35,502 bases of DNA from contig CBFCWZ010000001.1 of the NCBI GenBank assembly GCA_965601935.1, positions 1 to 35,502 on the forward strand. The letters are read 5' to 3'. This document shows, in pieces, positions 1 to 7,837 of the stretch. A model generated the notes under the pieces. The model made no database searches, was not told the origin of the DNA, and saw nothing but the letters and a program-made list of their open reading frames with translations. The translations under genes were made by a program, and so were the position numbers. Numbering within the stretch: position 1 is the first letter of the stretch; the number at the start of each line of letters is the position of its first letter. This DNA comes from an uncultured Ilumatobacteraceae bacterium (lineage in GTDB: Bacteria; Actinomycetota; Acidimicrobiia; Acidimicrobiales; Ilumatobacteraceae).

Positions 1-177
1 CGCCTCGGCGGTGAACCGGACCACGATCTCGCCGACGACCTCATCCACGACGTCACCATCAGCGGGCGTCGAGGACTCGAAGTCAGTGTGCGCCGCCGCC
101 GGGCTCGACAACGACACGACCACAGCGACGAGCGCCACGGTCGCGACCGCCCAACGAACGAGCCAGCGATGCAACAT
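1..177 (-). CDS. CopC-domain copper-binding protein, N-terminal part (gene continues beyond the left edge)
   Basis: Minus-strand ATG at 175-177. My translation is MLHRWLVRWAVATVALVAVVVSLSSPAAA/HTDFESSTPADGDVVDEVVGEIVVRFTAEA. That is a signal peptide followed by the H-x(4)-S-x-P-A-x-G start typical of CopC domains. It is absent from the ORF track because only 59 codons lie in the window. Confidence 0.6.
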   Translation of the reverse strand, partial: MLHRWLVRWAVATVALVAVVVSLSSPAAAHTDFESSTPADGDVVDEVVGEIVVRFTAEA

Positions 178-418
178 GGCCGGAAAGGGTACCCGCCGCC
201 ACACCGACGCCGACTGCGCCGAGTTCACCGGAGACGCGCACGGTGCGAGCGAACCGACTTCGGCAGCGGACGTCGACACCCTCCGGATCCGATGGTTCAC
301 GCTGTCCGGTGCCGGCCCGAGTCGAGCACCCCGTCACGCTCTCACCGGGCGCGGCTGCACCATCAGCCGACGATCCCGCTCGGGCATCCCGGTCGGCTTC
401 GTCCATGCTTCTCAGTCT

Positions 419-462
419 GTTCACCGGCCCGCCAGCTGGCCCCAGGCGACAGTTCATGCTCG
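419..462 (+). promoter_or_regulatory. Candidate PHO-box-like direct repeats upstream of phoX
   Basis: GTTCACCGGCC (419-429) and GTTCATGCTCG (452-462) lie on the same strand, 33 nt (3 x 11) apart and about 50-90 nt upstream of the phoX ATG. They resemble the GTTCAYY 11-nt direct-repeat units bound by actinobacterial PhoP. Two further GTTCAC cores start at 223 and 295. Confidence 0.25.
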
Positions 463-508
463 CCGCGTACGTTCCGCGTACCCGTACCACTCGAGAAGGA
501 TCCGCCAC

Positions 509-2338
509 ATGCCAATCGATGACGACATCGTCAATCCGTCGAACAACACTCCGTTCGCCGACATCCTGAACGCCCGTATCAGCCGCCGCAACGCAATGGT
601 CGGTGGCCTCGCTGCGGCTGCGGTCGGCTTCTTCGCCCAGAGCAGGGTCGCCGGTGCCGCCGAGGGCGGCCAGAAGGGCCCAAACCTCCCGCATCCGAAC
701 CAGGGTCCGCTGCTCGGATTCACCCCGACCCCCAACCTCGGCGGCCCCCTCCCGTCGATCTCGGCGGACTACGAGTACCAGGTCGTCATCCCCTGGGGCA
801 CCCCGCTGTTCCCCGGGGTTCCCGACATCGACGGCGGCCGTCCCGCGAGCGCCGCTGATCAGGAGCGCCAGGTGGGCATCGGCCACGACGGCATGTGGTT
901 CTTTGCCGACAACGGGTCGAACGACCGCGGTCTGCTCTGCATCAACCACGAGTTCGGCCGCAACACCCACGTGTACGGCAAGGAGTTCCCGGAGAACCTC
1001 GAAGATGTCCGCATCTCACAGGCTGCCCACGGCGTCTCGGTGGTCGAGCTGATGAAGACGAACGGCACCTGGACCAGCTCCACGTCGAGCAGGTTCAACC
1101 GCCGGATCACCCCGAACACCCCGGTCGTGTTCGGCGGTCCGGTCCTCGGGAGCCCATACATCGAGTCGCTGACGGGCAACGCCCCGGCGGGGACGGTGAA
1201 CAACTGCGCGAACGGCTACACCCCGTGGGGCACCTATCTGACGTGCGAGGAGAACTTCAACGGCTACTTCGGTGCGGTCGACGAGTTCGTGCCGACCGAA
1301 GAGCAGGCCCGCTACGGCTTCACCGACACCGGCTTCGGCTACGGCTGGCACGTGTTCGACGAGCGGTGGGACCTCAACAAGAACGCCGGAGAGGAGAACC
1401 GGTTCGGCTGGATCGTCGAGATCGACCCGCACGACCCCGGCGCCCCGCCGGTGAAGCACACGGCGATGGGCCGCTTCAAGCACGAGGGCTTTGCCTTCAC
1501 CACCGGCCGCGGTGGCCGCGCCGTCGGCTACATGGGCGATGACCAGCGCTTCGACTACATCTACAAGTTCGTCTCGACGTCCAACTGGAAGTCGATGCGG
1601 GCGCGCGGCACGAGCCCGTTCTCGGAGGGCACGCTGTATGTCGCCCGCTTCGACGAGGACGGCACCGGCGAGTGGCTCGCGCTGACCATCGACAACCCGG
1701 CGCTCGCCGCCCGGTTCGCCGACCAGGCCGAACTGCTCACCTACGCCCGGATCGCCGCCGACATCCTCGGTGCCACGCCGATGGATCGGCCCGAGTGGAC
1801 CTCGGTCGCACCGAACGGCGACGTGTACTGCACGCTGACCAACAACAGCCGCCGTACCCAGGCCGACGCGGTCAACCCGGAAGCGCCGAACAACAACGGC
1901 CACATCATCCGCTGGCGCGACGCCGACAACCATGTCGGGACCACCTTCGAGTGGGACATCTTCGTGCTCTGCACCGACATCCTCGGCAGCGACCACGAAT
2001 TCACCGATCCCGACGGCCTGTGGGCCGACCCCGACGGGCGGATCTTCATCGAGACCGACGGCGGCCAGCCCAACGGCGGCAACAACCAGATGGTCGTCGC
2101 CGACAGCTACACCGAGGAGTTCCGCCGTCTGTTCACGGGCGTCACGAGCGACGAGATCACCGGCCTCACCGTGACGCCCGACCGGCGCACGCTGTTCTGC
2201 AACACCCAGCACCCCGGCAACGGTGACCCGACGCGGACGAACTTCCCGGTCCTCAACGACCCACCCGACGGCACGACGATCCCGCGGGACGCGACCTTCG
2301 TGATCACCCGCAAGGACGGCGGCATCGTCGGGTCCTGA
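509..2338 (+). CDS. phoX: PhoX-family alkaline phosphatase, Tat-exported
   Basis: In-frame ATG at 509 preceded by GAAGGA (494-499). Twin-arginine signal ISRRNAMVGGLAAAAVGFFA. PhoX/DUF839 signatures GTVNNCANGYTPWGTYLTCEENF, NRFGWIVEIDP, MGRFKHEG and TLFCNTQHPG. The 166 codons upstream in the track ORF (11-508) are R/S/T-rich read-through. Confidence 0.85.
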   Translation: MPIDDDIVNPSNNTPFADILNARISRRNAMVGGLAAAAVGFFAQSRVAGAAEGGQKGPNLPHPNQGPLLGFTPTPNLGGPLPSISADYEYQVVIPWGTPLFPGVPDIDGGRPASAADQERQVGIGHDGMWFFADNGSNDRGLLCINHEFGRNTHVYGKEFPENLEDVRISQAAHGVSVVELMKTNGTWTSSTSSRFNRRITPNTPVVFGGPVLGSPYIESLTGNAPAGTVNNCANGYTPWGTYLTCEENFNGYFGAVDEFVPTEEQARYGFTDTGFGYGWHVFDERWDLNKNAGEENRFGWIVEIDPHDPGAPPVKHTAMGRFKHEGFAFTTGRGGRAVGYMGDDQRFDYIYKFVSTSNWKSMRARGTSPFSEGTLYVARFDEDGTGEWLALTIDNPALAARFADQAELLTYARIAADILGATPMDRPEWTSVAPNGDVYCTLTNNSRRTQADAVNPEAPNNNGHIIRWRDADNHVGTTFEWDIFVLCTDILGSDHEFTDPDGLWADPDGRIFIETDGGQPNGGNNQMVVADSYTEEFRRLFTGVTSDEITGLTVTPDRRTLFCNTQHPGNGDPTRTNFPVLNDPPDGTTIPRDATFVITRKDGGIVGS

Positions 2339-2805
2339 CCGACTCCTTTCCCCCGGGGTCGCGAACCGACCTGGACCAACGAGAACCATCACCCTTGCTC
2401 CCATCCCGGGGGACACCTCCGTACCCGGGATCGGCCCTTGTGCCGTGAACGATCTTCGTGGCGCAGTGACGGCCTCAGACCGCCCGTGCCCGACATTCTG
2501 CTCACGCCGAAGTGTCCCATCTGCTCAGCCAGGACAGTTCGGCGACCGTGTACGCGCCGTTGAGGGACACCAGGCCGTGGGGTTGTCGCTCCTGTCGTGG
2601 GGCATCCACTCGGTACGCCAGCGAAGCCGGTGGCGATGGGAGATCGAGAACACGGCCCATTCCCCTGAAGACCGGCGAGGCGGGACAGCGTCACCACTGG
2701 ATCACCTCGACCACGGCGACTGAGTCGACGCAGGCGTCACGTAGGTGCCTGCTCGATCGGCAGCAGTGGGAATGGTGGAGACGGGGTCGGGCGCTGACGG
2801 GTGGG

Positions 2806-4119
2806 TCAGCGGAGGTTGCCGGTGTGGCCGAGGGAGTAGCGACCTGGTTGTGGCCATACGGTCAGACCGTGGGGTCCGCCTGCGACGGGGACTCGGGCGA
2901 GGAGTTCGCCGGTGGTGGTGTCGAATGCGTAGACCTCGTCGTGGAAGCGCCCGGAGAGCCAGAGGACGGTTCCGTTGGCGTTCACTCCGCCCATGTCCGG
3001 CGAGCCTCCACCGGGGATGACCCAGGTGTCGATCACTTCGTGGGTGCGCCAGTCGATCACCGACACGGTGCCGCTCACGCGATTGGAGACGTAGAACACC
3101 GACGCGTCACGGCTCGGGTAGATGCCGTGGGGATGCTCGTCGACTGGAATCTCGTGAAGTGTGTCGCCGGTGGCGGGGTCGAGGACGAGGACCCGCCGGT
3201 TGGCCATGTCGGCGAGGTACAGCGCCGAGCCGTCGGGGAGCAGTCGAATGTCTTGGGGTTTGCCGCCCGGTACGTCGATGACGCGCAGCACCTCCCCGTC
3301 GGTGGTCAGGTGGAGCAGTTGTGACGAGAACTCACAGGTGACCCAGAAGTCCGAACCGTCGAGGGTCCAGTCGGCGTGGTTGGGCCCGTCGCAGGGGGTG
3401 TCGATGGAGAAGTCGCGCTCCCACGACGACGGGTCGTAGTAGTCGATACGGTTCCGCCGCTCGGCCATCACCACGGCATGTGCGCCGTCGGGCGTGAAGT
3501 ACAGGTTGTAGGGGGCATCGACGGGGATCGGCTCCCCGGCGGTACCGGTATCGGGGTCGATCGGCACCAGTTGATTCCACCCCGACGCGTTGGCATAGAG
3601 GGTCTCCAAATCCCATGACGGGGTGACGTGTTGGGCGAGGTTGCCGACGAGGTATTCGTCGACGACGGTGAAGCTGGCCTGGTCGATGACCACGACCGTC
3701 GCCGCATCGTTCGTCGGCACGTAGACGAGTTCGAGGTCGTCACGGACCGATGTCCCGAGCTTGCCCACCATGGTTTCGGAATACACGTTGTCGGGGTCGA
3801 CCACCGGCGGCATCGACGGAGAGCTGTCCTGCGTCGGTGGTTTCGCGTCGTCCGACCGCTCCTCGCGGTCGCGATCCGGTTCTGTCGTCTCGTCGGAGCT
3901 AGCCGACTCCGACGTGGGAGTCGAGCTCTCCGGCTCGGTCGAGGCAGTCTCGGTGACTGCATCCACGTCGGGCCCGCTCGTCGTTACGGTCACGGTCGGC
4001 GTCGTCGACACCACATCGGCTCGATCATCCGTTTCGCCCGACCCGCCGCACGCCCCCACCACGACCAGCGACGCAAGCACGACCCAACGCACGGTCCGCG
4101 AGTGTCCCACACACCCCAT
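2806..4119 (-). CDS. Lipoprotein with YVTN/lactonase-type beta-propeller repeats
   Basis: Internal ATG (4117-4119) gives MGCVGHSRTVRWVVLASLVVVGAC/GG, a lipobox. An S/T/E/P-rich linker follows. Then come repeated propeller-like units: YVPTNDAATVVVID, LYFTPDGAHAVVMAE, IRLLPDGSALYLADMANRRVLVLD, IYPSRDASVFYVSNRVSGTVSVID and VNANGTVLWLSGRFHDEVYAFD. Confidence 0.7.
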   Translation of the reverse strand: MGCVGHSRTVRWVVLASLVVVGACGGSGETDDRADVVSTTPTVTVTTSGPDVDAVTETASTEPESSTPTSESASSDETTEPDRDREERSDDAKPPTQDSSPSMPPVVDPDNVYSETMVGKLGTSVRDDLELVYVPTNDAATVVVIDQASFTVVDEYLVGNLAQHVTPSWDLETLYANASGWNQLVPIDPDTGTAGEPIPVDAPYNLYFTPDGAHAVVMAERRNRIDYYDPSSWERDFSIDTPCDGPNHADWTLDGSDFWVTCEFSSQLLHLTTDGEVLRVIDVPGGKPQDIRLLPDGSALYLADMANRRVLVLDPATGDTLHEIPVDEHPHGIYPSRDASVFYVSNRVSGTVSVIDWRTHEVIDTWVIPGGGSPDMGGVNANGTVLWLSGRFHDEVYAFDTTTGELLARVPVAGGPHGLTVWPQPGRYSLGHTGNLR

Positions 4120-4149
4120 CCGAACGCACGACCGATGCGCCGACTCGAG

Positions 4150-4300
4150 CCGTCCGTGATCCCATTCGACGCGGTTGTCGGCGCACTGCGTCGTGTCGTG
4201 CCGCACCCACCGGTAGATGGTGACGTGATCGACCTCGACACCCCGTTCGCAGAGCAGCTCTTCGACACCGAGGTGTCCGAAACACCGGGTCAACTCCGAA
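4150..4300 (-). pseudogene. IS6-family transposase N-terminal (HTH) remnant
   Basis: Minus-strand translation ...GHLGVEELLCERGVEVDHVTIYRWVRH... matches the conserved ...LEEMLAERGIxVDHTTIYRWVQ... N-terminus of IS6/IS26/IS6100-type transposases. It has no own start codon, no DDE catalytic region and no terminal inverted repeat that I could see. It is read through into the lipoprotein ORF in the track. Confidence 0.5.
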
Positions 4301-4380
4301 GAGCGAAATCTGGCAACTTGACCATCCGTTCGGCCCGTCCGTACAGTCCCCCGGGGGATCACTCGAACCAGGGGGTCGTG

Positions 4381-5529
4381 GTGCTGGATGTGCCGATATT
4401 TGAGGTCGTGATCGGGGTCGTCTTCGTACTCACGTTGTTCTCGGTGGCCGTGAGTGCGCTCACCGAGGCCACGACGCGGTTCATGGGTCTTCGAGGCGCC
4501 CAGTTGCTGCGCGGGATCAAGTCGCTCGTCGACGGGACCACCGAGGACGGCCAATTCACGACCACGTACAAGCTCTTCGGGAGCGTGTTCCTCGGTACGG
4601 TCGGCCAGAAGGAGCGGACTCGCGACAGCTACGCCGCCGAGAAAGGGACCGATGCCACGGTCCCGCAGCTCGCCGACGGCGAAACGGGGTTCGAGGAGCT
4701 CGTGACCGGGGGCTTCAGCAATATGAAGGCGAAGCGAAAGCTGCCGTCCTACATCGCTTCGCGCCAGTTCGCATCCGCCGTACTCGGCGAGATCCTCCCC
4801 GACCTCGAGGACGGCGAGCCGCGGCCGCCGCTGTCGGGGATCCGCCAGAAGATCGAGCAGAACCTCGGTGACAGCCCGCTGCGCGACCAGTTGATGAGCA
4901 TCGTCAACGAGACCGGCAATGACGTCGACGCGATCCGTTCACGGCTCGAGACGACGTACGACGATCACATGGGGCGGGTGTCCGGTTGGTACAAGCGGCA
5001 CGCGAGCAAGGTCCAGATCCTGTTTGCCGTCGTGATCGTGCTGTTCTTCAACATCAACCTGCTCCGCATCGGCGACCACCTCCTCCAGGATGACGCCAGC
5101 CGCGCGGCGATCGTCGAAGTCGCTGCCGAGTTCGAGTGTGAGACCAACGAGGAAGGGGGGATCAGCGACGTCGCACAATGTCAGCAGCAAGCGCGACAGA
5201 CGATCGAGGAGCTGGAGGCCGGTGGACTGCCGGTCTTCTGGAACGGTTCGATCTCCTGCGAGGGCATCGACGAGAAGGGCGACCCGGAAGTGCGCGCCGA
5301 CAGCGGCACCGAGTGCTTCTTCCACTCACAGGGGATCTGGGTGGCGGACGAATCGACGATGCGCAACGTCATCTTCCTCGTCGTCGGGTACGGCGCCGCA
5401 ATCCTGGGCCTGATCCCCGGCTCGCGCTTCTGGTTCGACGCACTCGGCAAGCTCAACAGCCTTCGCAGCACCGGATCGAAGCCGCCGACCACATCCGGCA
5501 ACAAGAGCGTCACGCCGCCGCCGGCCTGA
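4381..5529 (+). CDS. Conserved-looking integral membrane protein of unknown function
   Basis: GTG start candidates at 4378, 4381 and 4390 follow GGGGG (4371-4375). Hydrophobic helices are IFEVVIGVVFVLTLFSVAVSAL, VQILFAVVIVLFFNINLL and VIFLVVGYGAAILGLI. A Cys-containing soluble loop (ECETNEEGG...CQQQ...CEGID...CFFH) lies between helices 2 and 3. The upstream 250 codons of the track ORF are antisense to the lipoprotein gene. The exact start is uncertain. Confidence 0.6.
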   Translation: MLDVPIFEVVIGVVFVLTLFSVAVSALTEATTRFMGLRGAQLLRGIKSLVDGTTEDGQFTTTYKLFGSVFLGTVGQKERTRDSYAAEKGTDATVPQLADGETGFEELVTGGFSNMKAKRKLPSYIASRQFASAVLGEILPDLEDGEPRPPLSGIRQKIEQNLGDSPLRDQLMSIVNETGNDVDAIRSRLETTYDDHMGRVSGWYKRHASKVQILFAVVIVLFFNINLLRIGDHLLQDDASRAAIVEVAAEFECETNEEGGISDVAQCQQQARQTIEELEAGGLPVFWNGSISCEGIDEKGDPEVRADSGTECFFHSQGIWVADESTMRNVIFLVVGYGAAILGLIPGSRFWFDALGKLNSLRSTGSKPPTTSGNKSVTPPPA

Positions 5530-5697
5530 ACTCGTCGTACGAACGCAGGTGCCGGCCTGTGTGGACCCAGTGCACGAGCCGAGAAGCCCGATCCAGGTCG
5601 CCCGCACCGACGTGACGGGTGTCCCGCGCAAAGCAGTTGCACAGCCACCGGGGCTGACCCAGAATGAAGCGGGGTCAGATTCGGGGAAGGGGCCGAG

Positions 5698-7392
5698 ATG
5701 CCAACACTCGTCGTACCAGGGGTTTCCGTCGAGGCGCGCTTCGACGTTCTCCCGCCACTCCCGGCCGCCGCCGGCATCCTCGGCGTGGCCGGCATCGTCG
5801 ACCGTCCACCACCCGAGGGCGACACCGTCGGGGTGTCGCGGGTCAGCGAACTCGTCGAACTGCTCGGGCCCGGTACCGAGTCGTCGATGCCGGAGGCCGT
5901 CCATGCCCTCCGCAACGGCTGCCGTGAGGTGATCGTGTCGCCGGTGCACAGCGGCGGCCCGGCGCGGGCCACCCTCGTCAACGCCGACGACGATCCGGCC
6001 GTCCGGTTGCGCGCCCGATCGAACGGCGAGTGGGGCAACGACCTCAGCGCCGACGTCCGGGTGGTCACCAACGCCGCCGGTGCCGTCGTTCGGGTCACGC
6101 TGCGCGTCCTGCGCTCCGGCGCCGAGGTCGAGCGATTCAACGATCTCGTGGTCGACGCGTCCGATCCAGCCGACCTGTTCGGTGCGGTCAACCGGCTGTC
6201 GAAGACGGTCGTGGCCGTCGATCCAGGTTTCGACAGCGAGGATCCAGCGGCCGGCGACTACGCGCTCGACGAGGCGGGTACAGCCGAGGTGCCCATGGAC
6301 GGTGCACCGGGCACACCGCTGATGGACGTCCGGACACTCCCCGGAGTCGATTCCGACGGGATGACCGTGCGGATCCAGGGCAGCGACGACGAACTCAGCG
6401 TCGAGATCCTCCGCAACGGGGCCCGCCAGGAGCTCTTCGAGGACCTGACGATGGACCCCGACAGCGCCCGCCATCTCCCGGCCCTCCTCGCCGCCGAGAG
6501 CCGCCTCGTCCACGTCACCGGCCGGAGCAGCCTCGACGCGAACGCCCGGCTGCCGGCGGCCACCACGGTCCCGGTCGAATTCACCGACGGGTCCTCGCCG
6601 AGCGTCGACGACTACCGCGAGGCGATCGACCTCCTGGCCGACGACCCGCGGATCGATCTCGTGCTGGCCGCGATCGAGCCCGGCCGTGACACGTCCGACG
6701 TGGTGCAGATCCATCAGGCGCTCGTCGGACACGCCGTCACGATGAGCGACAACGGAGCGCCGCGGATCGCCTTCGGCTCGATCACTCCCGACGACGCGGG
6801 CGACCTCGACGGAATCCGCGATCACTCGGCGGCGGTACGCAACCGCCGGATGGTACTCGTCGCCCCGCCAGGGAGTGCCGGTGCCGTGGCGGGGCTCGTC
6901 GGACGAATGACGCCGATGGACTCCCCGACGTTCAAACCGATCCCGATGCACGGGATCCCGCCGTCCAGCTATCGGGAGAGCCAGCTCAACCGCCTGCTCG
7001 GCCCGTCGACGAACCTCTGCGTCGTTCAGCAGCGGGCCGGTCGCGGAGTGATCGTGCTGAAGGGCATCGACACGACCGGGGACCAGATCTCGGTGACCCG
7101 TGTGGCCGATCAGGCGATCCGCGAGACGAAGGCGATCGCCGAGAACTTCATCGGCCGCCTCAACTCCGACGAGGCCCGCGCCGCCCTGCGTCAGCAGTTG
7201 GTGGCCACGTTCACCCGGATGGAGCGGGCCGGGGCGTTGGTACCGAGCACCGACGGCAGCGACCCCGCCTTCGTCGTCGACGTCTACTCGACGCAGCAGG
7301 ACTTCGCCCAGGGCATCGTGCGGATCGACATCGCGGTCCGACCGGTCCGGTCCATCGACTACGTCTACGCCACGATCCGCGTCAAGAACTGA
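5698..7392 (+). CDS. Contractile tail sheath protein (CIS sheath)
   Basis: ATG preceded by GGGGAAGGGG. The N-terminus MPTLVVPGVSVEA resembles the sheath-typical PGVYVEE start. The C-terminal region GRGVIVLKGIDTTGD...ISVTRVADQAIRETKAIAENFIG...FVVDVYSTQQDFAQGIVRIDIAVRPVRSIDYVYATIRV resembles the conserved sheath C-terminal domain. It is 564 aa and is the first gene of the tail cluster. Confidence 0.85.
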   Translation: MPTLVVPGVSVEARFDVLPPLPAAAGILGVAGIVDRPPPEGDTVGVSRVSELVELLGPGTESSMPEAVHALRNGCREVIVSPVHSGGPARATLVNADDDPAVRLRARSNGEWGNDLSADVRVVTNAAGAVVRVTLRVLRSGAEVERFNDLVVDASDPADLFGAVNRLSKTVVAVDPGFDSEDPAAGDYALDEAGTAEVPMDGAPGTPLMDVRTLPGVDSDGMTVRIQGSDDELSVEILRNGARQELFEDLTMDPDSARHLPALLAAESRLVHVTGRSSLDANARLPAATTVPVEFTDGSSPSVDDYREAIDLLADDPRIDLVLAAIEPGRDTSDVVQIHQALVGHAVTMSDNGAPRIAFGSITPDDAGDLDGIRDHSAAVRNRRMVLVAPPGSAGAVAGLVGRMTPMDSPTFKPIPMHGIPPSSYRESQLNRLLGPSTNLCVVQQRAGRGVIVLKGIDTTGDQISVTRVADQAIRETKAIAENFIGRLNSDEARAALRQQLVATFTRMERAGALVPSTDGSDPAFVVDVYSTQQDFAQGIVRIDIAVRPVRSIDYVYATIRVKN

Positions 7393-7411
7393 TCACGAGG
7401 GAACTTCCGCC

Positions 7412-7792
7412 ATGCCTACGATCTTCGCAGCCAACGAGAGCTCCGTCCTCGTCGACGGTGAGCCCCTACTCGGCGTCCAGGCGATCGACTACCGGACCCG
7501 CCGGGCACGCTCGAACCTCTACGCGCTCGGCAGCGCCGAACGGATCGGGGTCACCTCGGGCGCCCACGACGTGGAGGGTCGCCTCCGCGTTGCCTCCGCC
7601 AGCGGTGCGCTCGACGGGCTGGAGGAACAGCAGACATTCCAGGTGGTCGCCAACCTCCGCCACGGCGAGACCGAGGTGACGGTCACCTTCGACGACTGCT
7701 ACCTCACCGAGAAGACCTTCGACCTCGGGGTGGGCGGTCATGGTGAGGCCGTCTACAGCTTCAGCGCCACCCGGGTCCGCGAGGAGCACTGA
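7412..7792 (+). CDS. Tail tube protein (inner tube subunit)
   Basis: ATG at 7412, preceded by GAGGG (7396-7400). It encodes 126 aa, is beta-rich and lies directly after the sheath gene. The size and position are those of Afp1/gp19/Mu gp40-type tube proteins. Sequence: ...SSVLVDGEPLLGVQAIDY...VEGRLRV...TVTFDDCYLTEKTFDLG... Confidence 0.65.
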   Translation: MPTIFAANESSVLVDGEPLLGVQAIDYRTRRARSNLYALGSAERIGVTSGAHDVEGRLRVASASGALDGLEEQQTFQVVANLRHGETEVTVTFDDCYLTEKTFDLGVGGHGEAVYSFSATRVREEH

Positions 7793-7837
7793 CGTGCAAG
7801 CGCCGGGACGGGTGCGCGTGCCGGCGTCGGAGACGCC

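Noticed and set aside
11-508. N-terminal 166 codons of the PhoX track ORF, and overlapping ORFs at 83-970 (minus), 88-522 and 243-569
   Set aside because: The sequence is S/T/R-rich with no motifs. PhoX homology, the SD and the Tat signal begin at ATG 509. The region also contains the divergent CopC-like gene start.
3628-4380. N-terminal 250 codons of track ORF 3628-5529
   Set aside because: Antisense to the beta-propeller lipoprotein gene, R/H/V/G-rich and without motifs. The membrane protein begins at the GTG cluster around 4378-4390.
4301-4554. LKYRHIQHHD in the minus-strand translation, resembling the FKWRHFQGD start of IS6 transposases
   Set aside because: The spacing to the HTH motif is about 22 residues too long. 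The stretch is also antisense to the N-terminal transmembrane helix of the plus-strand membrane protein, so the match is probably coincidental. I limited the relic to ~4150-4300.
5326-6951. 541-aa minus-strand ORF (and 5181-6191, 336 aa)
   Set aside because: Antisense to the sheath gene and to the end of the membrane-protein gene. The composition is R/G/D/V/H-rich with no recognisable domain, so this is a GC artefact.
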